Virus record (IMG/VR): IMGVR_UViG_3300028581_000010
Strand: one strand, 5' to 3'
Source: a virus
Taxonomy: Duplodnaviria; Caudoviricetes
Length of the DNA: 64,000 bases
The notes below the pieces were generated by a model. The model ran no database searches. It saw only the letters and a list, made by a program, of their open reading frames with translations, and was not told where the DNA came from. The translations under genes were made by a program, and so were the position numbers. Positions 9,740 through 19,197 of the stretch are shown one piece after another (the first letter of the stretch is position 1; every line of letters starts with the position of its first letter).

Positions 9740-9818
9740 TTCGATAAAATATCTTAGACTTTAATGTTTTTGTGCTTGTGTCTTGTGTTGTTTTCTTGCA
9801 TTCTGTAGAGAGCTACGT

Positions 9819-9965
9819 ATGCAAGAAAACAACCAAACAAAAAAGTGTATCAAGTGCGAGGTAAAAAAACCCGTTACACTGTTTGCCCAGTGCAAGGCCG
9901 CTGCGGATGGACTACAAAGATACTGCAAGGCCTGCCAGAAGACAATAACTATGTTCAGATCTTAG
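9819..9965 (+). pseudogene. Truncated homing endonuclease N-terminus (zinc knuckle only)
   Basis: KKCIKCEVKKPVTLF...DGLQRYCKAC then an early stop; same opening as the HNH ORFs at 2727 and 3921. Confidence 0.7.
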
Positions 9966-10008
9966 GCATACCGAAACATATTGCCTTTTTAGTATACAAT
10001 AATAGGAT

Positions 10009-10983
10009 ATGTTCATATTCATTCTAACTCTGTCTGCCTTGTTTGTGGCAGGCTGCGCAGCCTTCTTTAGCATCAAGGGACTCATGGTGCTGTTCGCAGG
10101 CTCCGCTATAGCAATCGCTACAATGGCCTCGTCTCTGGAGATAGGCAAGCTCGTAGCGGCTTCGTTTCTTCACAGGCAGTGGCACCACATCTCCTGGATG
10201 CTTAAGACATACCTATGTATCGCCATCTTCGTGCTGATGGGTATTACCTCGCTGGGTATCTTCGGGTTTCTAACGAACGCCTACCAGGAGCACGCGTCTG
10301 TGGTAAACAATCTAACCGCCTCTACTACGCTTGTAGAAGCTAAAAAAAAGAGTTCTCAGGAAGCCATAGTGGCAGCAGAGGAGCGTATCAAGCTGCTATA
10401 TACTGTGCGCGCCGACCAGGAGCTGCGTGTCAAAGAGGCAGGTAACTATAAGCTTCCTCGTGAGCAGGCGTATAAAGCAATTGCTGAGGCCAACGCGGAG
10501 ATCTCTGCAAAGGAAAAGGTCGTAACCGAACAGCGTACGGAGCTGCTTAAACTGGAGAGCGAGCTGGCTGACATCAACAAGGACTTAAACACAAAGACCG
10601 ACATCGGTTCATTTAGGTTTATCGCCAAGGCCATGAATGTTGAGATAGACGTGGCTGTGCGGTACTTCATTCTAGCCCTTGTGTTCGTCTTCGACCCACT
10701 AGCAGTTTGCCTAGTGCTCGCCCTAAACATTCTACTAGAACAGCGCACGAAGAAAGTGGTGGTGCCTATCGTCGTAGAGCAGCCTGTCCCAACACCCGTT
10801 ATAGCACCACCTGCGCCTCAAGTAGAGGTGGCGCCCCCCGCGCCAGAACCTGTGCACCAGGTAGTTAACACGCCAGAGGGACCAGTTGATGTTCTGCCAG
10901 GCGAGACTGTGGAGCAGGCTATAGAGCGTAAGCGCCGGCGTAAAGCCGGAGTCGGAGACTCGGTTATAACCTCGACTAGCTAA
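10009..10983 (+). CDS. Membrane protein (about 4 TM helices) with coiled coil and Pro-rich tail
   Basis: Hydrophobic N-terminal helices, SLEIGKL motif, coiled coil, FVFDPLAV helix. Confidence 0.8.
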   Translation: MFIFILTLSALFVAGCAAFFSIKGLMVLFAGSAIAIATMASSLEIGKLVAASFLHRQWHHISWMLKTYLCIAIFVLMGITSLGIFGFLTNAYQEHASVVNNLTASTTLVEAKKKSSQEAIVAAEERIKLLYTVRADQELRVKEAGNYKLPREQAYKAIAEANAEISAKEKVVTEQRTELLKLESELADINKDLNTKTDIGSFRFIAKAMNVEIDVAVRYFILALVFVFDPLAVCLVLALNILLEQRTKKVVVPIVVEQPVPTPVIAPPAPQVEVAPPAPEPVHQVVNTPEGPVDVLPGETVEQAIERKRRRKAGVGDSVITSTS

Positions 10984-10989
10984 AGAGAG

Positions 10990-11775
10990 TTACGGTAATG
11001 GAGCTAGCTGTCTGCCTAAAGTCTCCACTAGCGCCTTGGTATTCTTCTTGTGGGACTCAAAGGTCTCTACAACGAACTTGCAAAGAGCACTACGTACAAT
11101 ATCCTCAGACGTGAAGCTGATTGCATAGATGCCGTGCTCCTGTGCAGGTAGCGTGTCGAATATGCGCAGGCAGGTAGCGAACCCACCTTGCTTGTTGTAG
11201 GGAAGGTCAGACTGGCTCTCATCGGCGCACACGATCATCTTGGTGAACTTACCGCAGCGCGTCATGAGCGTTTGTAGCTCGTTTAACGTAAGGTTCTGCG
11301 CCTCGTCAACTATGACAAACTTAGCCGTCCAGCTCGCGCCACGGCAGAAGTTAATAGGCTTGTAGTTGAGCCGCAGATCTGCCATGAGCTTCTTAATCTC
11401 TCCCTCGGGGAGTAGCTCCTCAAGCTTATCGTCGAACGGTCCCATGTAGGGCCCTAGTTTCTCGGAGATATCTCCTGGTAGGTGGCCCAGCTTGGAGTCG
11501 GCGGATTCCACAGCAGCACGTACGAATATGATGTCAGACATCTTACGCTCGTCCAGTAGCTGTAATCCAGCCCTTACCGCAATAGTTGTCTTGGAGCTTC
11601 CTGCCGGGCCAGATAGGAAGATTATTCTAGTGTCTTTGTTTGTAGCTAGCTCGAGAAAGGCTTTCTGCTTCTCTGTCCATGGAAGCTCTCGTATGCTTAA
11701 TGGGAAGTTGATCTTTTCTCTCTGATATATTTTCTGACTTGTATCTTGCTTAACTTCTTTTTTTGCTTTTGACAT
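10990..11775 (-). CDS. phoH: PhoH-like ATPase
   Basis: GPAGSSKT, RAAVES, LGHLPGD..EK..PY, RGASW, VDEAQN, RCGK, IVRS; start reassigned to ATG 11775 (MSKAKK). Confidence 0.93.
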   Translation of the reverse strand: MSKAKKEVKQDTSQKIYQREKINFPLSIRELPWTEKQKAFLELATNKDTRIIFLSGPAGSSKTTIAVRAGLQLLDERKMSDIIFVRAAVESADSKLGHLPGDISEKLGPYMGPFDDKLEELLPEGEIKKLMADLRLNYKPINFCRGASWTAKFVIVDEAQNLTLNELQTLMTRCGKFTKMIVCADESQSDLPYNKQGGFATCLRIFDTLPAQEHGIYAISFTSEDIVRSALCKFVVETFESHKKNTKALVETLGRQLAPLP

Positions 11776-11776
11776 A

Positions 11777-12208
11777 TTATGTGCGTTTTGGCTTCTCAAG
11801 ATCAAAGACCGCTTTTTTCTTGTCGCCGCTGAAGTCGATTGACTTCTCTCCAACTTGTATGGTTATTACTGACGCTTTCTGTATGGCTGGAAAGTTGTTA
11901 GGTGTGATGACGAGCGTGTAGTCGATTGTGCAACCCATCACCGTTTTCTCTATGTGAGCTGTGGTTAGAATAGACTCCAATAGTTTACCATCCAGAAATA
12001 CTTTAATAGGAATCAACGCCATAGCCTCACTCCAGGTGTTTACATCGAGGCGAAAGATAGTGATCTCGGCAAGATCAGTATCGTAACCCCCTGCAAATGA
12101 AACAGATGTAAGTTCAACCTCGGACTTGCCTATCTGTATAGGCACGGTTGCAGCCATCGCCACCATGGCGAAAAGCAGCATGGCTAGTAGTACGGGTACG
12201 TTCTTCAT
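11777..12208 (-). CDS. Hypothetical secreted protein
   Basis: Signal peptide MKNVPVLLAMLLFAMVAMA; TGCTACAAT -10 box upstream. Confidence 0.75.
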   Translation of the reverse strand: MKNVPVLLAMLLFAMVAMAATVPIQIGKSEVELTSVSFAGGYDTDLAEITIFRLDVNTWSEAMALIPIKVFLDGKLLESILTTAHIEKTVMGCTIDYTLVITPNNFPAIQKASVITIQVGEKSIDFSGDKKKAVFDLEKPKRT

Positions 12209-12247
12209 GTATCTGATTATTGTAGCATGGTAGGCAGGTAACCGACA

Positions 12248-12277
12248 GCTAAAAAGAAGGCCCGTTTGGGCCCTCTT
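12248..12277 (-). terminator. Intrinsic terminator ending TTTTTAGC
   Basis: aagagggcccaaacgggccttctttttagc. Confidence 0.75.
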
Positions 12278-12288
12278 GGGTTGATGTT

Positions 12289-12474
12289 TTAGTTGAACAG
12301 GACAAGCCCGAGTGCATCGGCAACAAGCTCCTCCACCTCCACCACGAAACCGCGGAGAGGAAAGAAGGGACCCTTGATCTCTCCGCCGTTATCTTTGACA
12401 AGCTCGAGGCAAGCCTTGAGATCGCGCAGTTCGCCGCCGGCCAACTCTTTTGTTGCTAGATATAAGTTTTTCAT
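12289..12474 (-). CDS. Small hypothetical protein, probably leaderless mRNA
   Basis: TGGTATAAT-N6-ATG at 12474. Confidence 0.65.
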   Translation of the reverse strand: MKNLYLATKELAGGELRDLKACLELVKDNGGEIKGPFFPLRGFVVEVEELVADALGLVLFN

Positions 12475-12499
12475 CAACAGATTATACCAGCGACTATCT

Positions 12500-13066
12500 C
12501 TATACGCAGGTACGGGCCATGAGTTCTGCAAAATAAGGAGTGCGTACTCCTAGGCTGAACTCCGGTAACAGCAGTGCATGAATACCGTGCGGCGCTCCTT
12601 GCCATGCGTTCTCTCTTCCTGTGAGTGCATCAGCGTCTAAGCTAAACTTAACGTAGGGCTGGTTTACATATAGCTGCAGCTTTGTGGAGATGTGCTGCGT
12701 TTTCATAAAGCTGCGCAAGGGCTCTATTACGAGGCGAATATTCTTCTTCACCACTCCCCTGAGGACCTCCACATGGCGACGATAGTTGTAATACGGAGGA
12801 AGCTTAGCCTCGTCGTCCGCAGCAATCCTTGCGCAGTAATCCTCATAGTGTTGCACCAACATCGCTTCGTCCGCGTCTTCCTCACCCATATCCCAGCGAA
12901 AGCGCAAGCTGTAATCAATACATGTGCGCCACATATCTACCTGCGGCCCTCCATTGGAGACAGGCAGCACTCCGCGCATTAGCGCCATTCTTTTCGAGAA
13001 GGCACCCAGCGATATATCCGCTGGTATAGGGGTTATTAATTCATCGGGTATTTCCAATAGCATCAT
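12500..13066 (-). CDS. Hypothetical protein
   Basis: 188-aa ORF in a tightly packed operon. Confidence 0.7.
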   Translation of the reverse strand: MMLLEIPDELITPIPADISLGAFSKRMALMRGVLPVSNGGPQVDMWRTCIDYSLRFRWDMGEEDADEAMLVQHYEDYCARIAADDEAKLPPYYNYRRHVEVLRGVVKKNIRLVIEPLRSFMKTQHISTKLQLYVNQPYVKFSLDADALTGRENAWQGAPHGIHALLLPEFSLGVRTPYFAELMARTCV

Positions 13067-13339
13067 TTAGTAGTCTTCTTTCTTTGGAGGCTTCCAGCCT
13101 AGCTTAGCGCAGGCTGCGTACCTCTCAATCATAGCTTTGGTAGCCGCGTTCCAACCGTTCTGCCACTCACTGCGCGTCTCGTATGGATGCGGCCCGCCTA
13201 TTACTTTCGCAGGGTAGATGCCTACGTCCGTAATGTGGTCTATCATGTTACGCAGGCGTCTTATCTCTAACCATGGAAAGAGTGCCACGTATAGCTTACG
13301 AAATACTTGCTTAAAACGGGTTTTGAGTTTGTGGTCCAT
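13067..13339 (-). CDS. Hypothetical protein
   Basis: 90-aa ORF abutting its neighbours. Confidence 0.65.
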   Translation of the reverse strand: MDHKLKTRFKQVFRKLYVALFPWLEIRRLRNMIDHITDVGIYPAKVIGGPHPYETRSEWQNGWNAATKAMIERYAACAKLGWKPPKKEDY

Positions 13340-13988
13340 GATGGTCGAACGTTGTAGCGGGCCTGTCCGCCAGTATATTTCTTAGCTGTGTAAAGCTTGG
13401 AGGCGCCTTGAAGTGTTCGACGCTTACCTCCAGTGATCTAGCTCTCTCGATATACATGCGCCCAAGTTCGCTATCTTTCAAGCTATTGTGCACATGGCTA
13501 TAGAAGTGGTACGAGCCGTTGCCCATGCCGTTCCAGCTTAGAATAGGGTAGTGCGACATCACTACCGACTGTTGGTCAATAAAGGCCTCCAGATAATTCG
13601 GACAGAAGTACACCGGCTTGGCGTTGTCCTCTCCGAAGTAGAGCACCAGATCACCGGCACTCTTCATCAACTGCCTCCAGCCGGCAACATGGTTGCCTGG
13701 CATGAGATAGCACTCCTTGTACGGCATTCTAGCCAGCACCTCAGTAAGACGCTCCGTAGCTTTCTGCCCGAAGATGTTATCTCCGAGCAGAAAGAGTACG
13801 GACTCATCATTAAGGCACTTGGCCCAATTACCAAAGGCAGATCTGTCCATTTCTTCCACGGACGCAAACCCTCGCTTCTGCCACAGAGGCTCGTCCCACT
13901 TGGGGTCGTGGCCTAGGTGCAGGCATCCCCAGATAAAGACGTTGTCGCCTGGGGTTTTAACGTTAATCGGTTCCAGTAGTTTGTGCAT
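13311..13988 (-). CDS. Calcineurin-like metallophosphoesterase
   Basis: GCLHLGH, LLGDN, PGNH, MSHYP, YSHVH; start reassigned to ATG 13988. Confidence 0.88.
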   Translation of the reverse strand: MHKLLEPINVKTPGDNVFIWGCLHLGHDPKWDEPLWQKRGFASVEEMDRSAFGNWAKCLNDESVLFLLGDNIFGQKATERLTEVLARMPYKECYLMPGNHVAGWRQLMKSAGDLVLYFGEDNAKPVYFCPNYLEAFIDQQSVVMSHYPILSWNGMGNGSYHFYSHVHNSLKDSELGRMYIERARSLEVSVEHFKAPPSFTQLRNILADRPATTFDHHGPQTQNPF

Positions 13989-15423
13989 TGAATATTTCCA
14001 GGGCCTCAACTAGCAGAATGTTTTCTGCTTCGGCCATCGTAGTGGGTTCTCGTTTCGCGAACGTCTTGAGAAAGAAGGCAGGCCCTTCGTCCTCTCCCAG
14101 CATTCTGTTGGAGAGCTGGAGCAACTGGTCGTCATTCGCATAGGTGAATTCCACCTCTACGTCTACGCGACCCTTGCGTATTACCGCTTTATCAAGCGAG
14201 TCTTTGTGGTTGGTAGTGAGCACCAGAATTCTTCCACCCTTGAAGGCAGTCACACCGTCAACAGCGTTGAGGAAGTCGGACAGAGACAAGGAGGTTTCCT
14301 TGGTAGGGTCCGGGTCATCATCTTCGGCGACACCTGCGGTGCCGAGCTTGTTGTCGAGCTGTATTCGCTCGTAATTGCTGCCAGCCATAACCTCACGACT
14401 GGACTCGAACAGGCTGTCCACGTCCTCGATGAGAACAATGGCACCCTCGGGCAACGCACGCAATGCGTCCTGAAAGCCGTTGAGGCAGTCCTTCGTGCTG
14501 ATCACATACAGGTTCTTCTTCAGTGTGATAGCCAGCGCCACGATGAGGCTGGTTTTACCACCACCAGGAACACCATAGAGCAGGTATCCTCTTCTCCAAG
14601 GAATACCCTTGGATTCGTACCACTCACGGGCACCGAGAAAGCGCTTGGCGTCATGCACCACACTTTCCATAACACCCTTGGGCATGATGACATGTCTCTC
14701 CATCGGCAAGTTACATACTCTGCTCCAGCGCCAGCCGCTCCAGGCAAAGATGCCATTGCAGCGTTCGCCGTTGAGCGCATATATCCGATTGAACTCTTCG
14801 TAGAACTCTACGAGCACCGCCTCCGGAATGGAAATGTTCCAACGAGACTTAGCCTCATCATAGCTGTCCGACTTGTTGATGGTTACAAACTTGCCCTTGA
14901 AGGGGATCATGTTAAGATCCTCCAGGACGATCTGCTTGGCGTCGTTTTTGTTGGCAGTCAGTTCGAACATGTAGCGCTTCACCGAGCCCTCGTTCAAGAC
15001 TATCTGATTCGAGGCCCAGTCCTTGAGCGCGCGGAACTCCATAGTGTTCTCCTCCACCGAGGTAGAGACAAACTTGTCTCCGTAGCGCGCGTAATAGCTT
15101 GAGCGCAGATATTTGTAGACAGTCCAGCCGAGCTCGAGGAGCCCGACAACCGCTGCTATCTTTTTAGGCAGCGTCTCCACCAGAAAGGTGAATTTCGATG
15201 TAGTGCCGACAGGCTCACTGAGCACTGCCAGAGCTTCCGAGGCGCCGTCGTTGATAGCGTCCAGCTGTACGCCGGCCTCTATCTTCTTCGCGTCGCGTTG
15301 TGCTGGAGGCAGCTCCCAAGCACCCGGCGCTGAGCCAGGGCGACGATCACGCCTTATCACGCGGCGCAGCTTCTTTGGTTGTTTAGAGTCTCCTTTAACA
15401 GGCTTGTATCCGAAGATGTTCAT
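13963..15423 (-). CDS. BCS1-like AAA+ ATPase with one TM helix
   Basis: GIPWRRGYLLYGVPGGGKTSL, IVLIEDVD, LSDFLNAVDG, LTTNHKDSLDKAVIRKGRVD. Confidence 0.88.
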   Translation of the reverse strand: MNIFGYKPVKGDSKQPKKLRRVIRRDRRPGSAPGAWELPPAQRDAKKIEAGVQLDAINDGASEALAVLSEPVGTTSKFTFLVETLPKKIAAVVGLLELGWTVYKYLRSSYYARYGDKFVSTSVEENTMEFRALKDWASNQIVLNEGSVKRYMFELTANKNDAKQIVLEDLNMIPFKGKFVTINKSDSYDEAKSRWNISIPEAVLVEFYEEFNRIYALNGERCNGIFAWSGWRWSRVCNLPMERHVIMPKGVMESVVHDAKRFLGAREWYESKGIPWRRGYLLYGVPGGGKTSLIVALAITLKKNLYVISTKDCLNGFQDALRALPEGAIVLIEDVDSLFESSREVMAGSNYERIQLDNKLGTAGVAEDDDPDPTKETSLSLSDFLNAVDGVTAFKGGRILVLTTNHKDSLDKAVIRKGRVDVEVEFTYANDDQLLQLSNRMLGEDEGPAFFLKTFAKREPTTMAEAENILLVEALEIFNAQTTGTD

Positions 15424-15619
15424 GTAGTGTAGTGTGGTTGATTGTGTACCGAGTTGTGTCCGACTTCATCGAGCCCCAAAGGGCGAGCACGTGCAGTAGA
15501 AAAGCGAGGAGCAGCCAGTGAAACCAGCTGTGATCCTCTGCAGTATACGCACGCCTAACGCTTATGCAAACAGCAATAATGCTGAACAAGCGCAATAGCA
15601 ATAGCATGAGCAACATCAT
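15395..15619 (-). CDS. Small membrane protein
   Basis: Two hydrophobic helices; ATGA overlap. Confidence 0.6.
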   Translation of the reverse strand: MMLLMLLLLRLFSIIAVCISVRRAYTAEDHSWFHWLLLAFLLHVLALWGSMKSDTTRYTINHTTLHEHLRIQAC

Positions 15620-15900
15620 AGTTGATTCATGCCGCACTTCGTGCCTGGTACCCAATGCACCAGATCACGGGACACTTGCAATTCTTCAGTACCTGCAAGT
15701 CTCCGATAAGAAACGAATTCCGGGCCGTAGCCCGAAAGCGATATGATAAACCCCTCCGGCGAAAAGCGTATGGGAAGGTAAACCCCACCTGCAATGATGG
15801 GATCTGCATGACTACTGTAGCGGACGTACAGCCCAGGCATGTCTTCTATGCTCAGGGGCTGCACGGCCTCTTTTAGAATGTGTATTGATTGTTGTGACAT
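15616..15900 (-). CDS. Hypothetical protein
   Basis: TAATG coupling to the ligase stop. Confidence 0.65.
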   Translation of the reverse strand: MSQQSIHILKEAVQPLSIEDMPGLYVRYSSHADPIIAGGVYLPIRFSPEGFIISLSGYGPEFVSYRRLAGTEELQVSRDLVHWVPGTKCGMNQL

Positions 15901-17057
15901 TATCTGTCTGGTGGATCGAATGCTACGATGTACGGGAACTGAGGTACGCCGTACTCCGTATACTCGAAGAATTTGACTGTCGCGTTCTTTCCAATGTATT
16001 GGTCCTTATCCTTGAGTACCTGCGTGATGTATTCGAAGTCTCCCTTTATGTTTGACCGAAACGTCTCACCTGTATCAAGTTGGCAGGTAGCATAGCCTGC
16101 AGTACCTGTGCGGTTGCCTGTACCCTCAGTGATGTCGATAACTAAAAATTCAGCATCCTGGAATGTTTTGCGCTTAAGCAAGCGCTTTGTGCGTTTGTGC
16201 TCGTAAGGACCATCCTGACGAATCATCTGCCCCTCGTATTCTTCTTCTAGGTACTGCTTGTAGAGTCTATCGAGTTCGAGCTGGTCGTTAGCCACATCCG
16301 ACTGGACGTAGACTATCTTAGGGCTGCGAATCATTCGGATGAGCTTGCGTATGGCCTGCTTTCTTGCAGTGAAGTTATCTTGCTCCGTAGCGCCATCACC
16401 GAAGTTATACCCATCATAGACATGGTACTCGACGGTGTGTTCGCTAAGAATAAGGTCAGCGTCACTAGGCTTGGTGCGGCGCACAAGCTCTATAATACGG
16501 TTTAACTTGTGCCTCAACTCGTGCGAGTAGAGCTCTCCGTCAAAGACCGCGTCAGGGTATTCCTCGAACACAGGCTTTAGCAGCTCGAAGATATGTGGCG
16601 CAGAGACGATCTCTTTGCCGTTGCGCGAGCGCATGCCGTGCTTATTAACAACACAGCGCATACCGTTATACTTACGATCGCTTAGAACGGGGAATGCAAG
16701 TTCGTCCTTGTAATCCTCATAGTCCTTGGCGAGAGTCGGCTCGATATAAGCCGGACGGCCTGCGTCCTCCATAGACAGCCCGTAGCCTGTCTCTGACTTC
16801 TTCTTCCACTTGGCCAAAGCCTCAAGCTCAGCTTGTTGCTCGGCGGTGGTCTCGTTCTTTCTACCTACGTTTTTGGCGAAGCATCGGGTAGGCTCGGATT
16901 TAACCAGCTTACCGTTTACTTGACCGCTTACCGTCCAAAAGCAGCCGTCTTCTTGAAAGATCGACCACTCCTGGATTTTTCCTATCTGTGTTTTTTTGTA
17001 TAGTGTGTTTCCTACCTGTGCCATTACTTGTTCTCGAGTTTGAGTAGCTCGCGCCAC
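15900..17057 (-). CDS. ATP-dependent DNA ligase with N-terminal WGR-like domain
   Basis: Motif I DRKYNGMRC, FDGELY, YHVYD, EYEGQMIR, LLKRK, OB-fold TVKFFE...GVPQFP. Confidence 0.92.
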   Translation of the reverse strand: MARATQTREQVMAQVGNTLYKKTQIGKIQEWSIFQEDGCFWTVSGQVNGKLVKSEPTRCFAKNVGRKNETTAEQQAELEALAKWKKKSETGYGLSMEDAGRPAYIEPTLAKDYEDYKDELAFPVLSDRKYNGMRCVVNKHGMRSRNGKEIVSAPHIFELLKPVFEEYPDAVFDGELYSHELRHKLNRIIELVRRTKPSDADLILSEHTVEYHVYDGYNFGDGATEQDNFTARKQAIRKLIRMIRSPKIVYVQSDVANDQLELDRLYKQYLEEEYEGQMIRQDGPYEHKRTKRLLKRKTFQDAEFLVIDITEGTGNRTGTAGYATCQLDTGETFRSNIKGDFEYITQVLKDKDQYIGKNATVKFFEYTEYGVPQFPYIVAFDPPDR

Positions 17058-17233
17058 TGTTTGATGGTAATGCCGTCTGATGCGTCATTAACGCCATAGT
17101 AACTCAAATATAGCGATCCATCTTCGCGCTGATCAAAGCGCAGTATACACTGTTCGGGCCAATTATCTGGTATGCCCTGTGCTACTGTTAAGAAAGGAGC
17201 CAGTACGGCACCCATGCTAGATAATTCGGGCAT
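17024..17233 (-). CDS. Hypothetical protein
   Basis: 69-aa ORF overlapping its neighbours. Confidence 0.5.
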   Translation of the reverse strand: MPELSSMGAVLAPFLTVAQGIPDNWPEQCILRFDQREDGSLYLSYYGVNDASDGITIKQWRELLKLENK

Positions 17234-17637
17234 AAGAATATATTAAAGGTTGTTATGAGACACGTAGCGTGTATCCATTGGTCCAGTCCAACAACTACAA
17301 AAAAGTTGTGGACCTTGTTCTTTGCCCAAAGCCGGGCAGTCCATTTGCTTGTGAAGCAATCTACAATAAAGTGTAATAGTCCGTTCAGCGCAGCACATAG
17401 CGTCCAAGGCACGGAAGTCATATGCTCGAGCGCAGCATCCTGCAGCTCCAGAGCCAGCAGTAGCATGCCACCAAGCCACAGAACGAACGTGTATGTGAAG
17501 CAGTGAGAGATAAGAGCCATTAGATTCTTGCTCTTGTTAACTGCCATCCAATGCGACTGGCAAACGAAGTCTGCGAGCCAGTGTAGAAACATTAAACCGA
17601 TGAGGTTTATACTTGTGTATAAGTTAATTGTTTGCAT
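17188..17637 (-). CDS. DUF3307-like membrane protein
   Basis: HWLADF.CQ..WMA..K, H...Y, HFIVD, GLDQWIH; TGGTATAAT-N6-ATG. Confidence 0.85.
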   Translation of the reverse strand: MQTINLYTSINLIGLMFLHWLADFVCQSHWMAVNKSKNLMALISHCFTYTFVLWLGGMLLLALELQDAALEHMTSVPWTLCAALNGLLHFIVDCFTSKWTARLWAKNKVHNFFVVVGLDQWIHATCLITTFNIFLCPNYLAWVPYWLLS

Positions 17638-17666
17638 CAATATATTATACCAATTTTTGTGCAGGT

Positions 17667-17700
17667 GCTAAAAAGAAGGCCCATCGCTGGACCTTCTTCT
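17667..17700 (-). terminator. Intrinsic terminator with GCGA-containing loop, ending TTTTTAGC
   Basis: agaagaaggtccagcgatgggccttctttttagc. Confidence 0.75.
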
Positions 17701-17715
17701 TGTTTCGTTCGTTTC

Positions 17716-17832
17716 CTACAGCAGGTTTTTAAGGGTCGTGAATAGGATGGACACCAGGACGAAGCCCAGTATCAGCAACCCCATCGCAAACCCCGAGTCT
17801 GCTGTAGCCACTTGAGCTACGAGTGGATTCAT
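17716..17832 (-). CDS. 38-aa membrane peptide (not in the ORF track)
   Basis: MNPLVAQVATADSGFAMGLLILGFVLVSILFTTLKNLL*; TAATG coupling to the upstream stop. Confidence 0.55.
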   Translation of the reverse strand: MNPLVAQVATADSGFAMGLLILGFVLVSILFTTLKNLL

Positions 17833-18896
17833 TATCCGCACAAGCAGAAGGCGCCCACCTTCTGCTCCTTATTGAACCGCATGAGCCACTGCATGGCGCG
17901 GTTCGGTGTTTGCACCGGCATTGGAGCCGCGTTTGCGTTCGCCCTCCACTTCATCACAGGGATCGCATCCCCGATCTGAGCCGTGGATTTGTGAGATATC
18001 CGCGGCAGGCGGATTATCATATCCGCGGAGCCCACCGAGGGAATCCGGGACCCGTCGCAGTTGTGGAGCACAAACTCATGCCCCAAGTACCCGCGAGGGT
18101 TCTCGGACACGAACTTTTGCCACCGACGATCTGCCACTCCCAGGACGGCAATCTTGAGGAACTGCCTCGCACCTGCCTCCTCCGTTACCGCAGGCACATG
18201 GTGCCCGTTTGTCGGCTTGGGAGGCTCCCACTTGAACTTTGGAATTTCTTCCTCAGTGATGGGTCTCGATACAGGGGCAGTAGCTGCGTCGAGCTTCTGC
18301 ATGACCTTGTCCGCGATTCTGTCCTCGAGCGTGGACAGATATGCGCCCAACTTCTGCATTTCCTCCAAGAGGTCCGCGTTGATGTTCTGACACGCCTGCA
18401 GCGCCTCGAAGGCCGCATGCGGCACATCAAGGAACTTGTCTATCTGTTGACTCAGTGACAACGTGCGCTTTTCCTTTGGCACGTCAGGCATGAGCTCCAT
18501 CATCTGCTTGGTGCTCAGACCCTCACTGACCGGGTCCGCCTGGGCAGGCTCGATCGGAGGAGCCACTACTGCCGGAGGAGCAACTGCAGCCGCCACTTTC
18601 GGCTCGGGAGGGAGCTCCACAACGCGCGATGGAAATGATGCAGACCCCTTGATCCACCTGTACCCCTGCTCAGCGAGCGTCGCCTGCATCTTTTTGAAGT
18701 ACGGCGTGGGCCAGGCTCCTCCAACGGGACGCTGTCGGTCTTCCCCGAACACCTTGGCCTGCGCGGTCTGTATAAGCGCTGTGAAGGATGCGAACCCTTT
18801 TCCAGTCTGCACGGAATCGATCGCCAGTTCCACCATTTTCCCGAAGAGGCGATCCTGCTCCTCGGGGGTCCAATGTATTGCTATTTTTCTTGTCAT
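17832..18896 (-). CDS. Hypothetical protein (354 aa)
   Basis: Long GC-rich ORF with a Pro/Ala linker and coiled coil. Confidence 0.75.
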   Translation of the reverse strand: MTRKIAIHWTPEEQDRLFGKMVELAIDSVQTGKGFASFTALIQTAQAKVFGEDRQRPVGGAWPTPYFKKMQATLAEQGYRWIKGSASFPSRVVELPPEPKVAAAVAPPAVVAPPIEPAQADPVSEGLSTKQMMELMPDVPKEKRTLSLSQQIDKFLDVPHAAFEALQACQNINADLLEEMQKLGAYLSTLEDRIADKVMQKLDAATAPVSRPITEEEIPKFKWEPPKPTNGHHVPAVTEEAGARQFLKIAVLGVADRRWQKFVSENPRGYLGHEFVLHNCDGSRIPSVGSADMIIRLPRISHKSTAQIGDAIPVMKWRANANAAPMPVQTPNRAMQWLMRFNKEQKVGAFCLCG

Positions 18897-18960
18897 AGTA
18901 GAGGACGAAGACTCGCCCTCAAAGGACTATACCATAGATATCCCCAGCAAATAGAGGGGG

Positions 18961-19197
18961 TCAGGCTATCTTATTTAGCACTGCTGCGAGCTGATTTATG
19001 GCTGCGTCGAACAGAATGCGACGGGCCTCGCTGAAGTCTTTTTCATGGCTGACGATGCCAAACATGTCGAAGGACTTCATGGGAAACTGCCTATCCCTAA
19101 ACGCTGCCTCCCAGAGGGCTATTATGCTCCAGTTAGTTCTGTCGCTTGCGTCTGGCTGGCATGCTACGAGAACCTTTAGTGCGGTTTGGTTGCTCAT
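18961..19197 (-). CDS. Hypothetical protein
   Basis: 78-aa ORF. Confidence 0.6.
   Translation of the reverse strand: MSNQTALKVLVACQPDASDRTNWSIIALWEAAFRDRQFPMKSFDMFGIVSHEKDFSEARRILFDAAINQLAAVLNKIA

Noticed and set aside
17755-17830. tRNA-like sequence (GTAGCTCAAGTGGCTACAGCA...) on the minus strand
   Set aside because: D-arm-like start only; no anticodon stem, TTCGA T-loop or acceptor pairing; better explained as a coupled 38-aa membrane peptide
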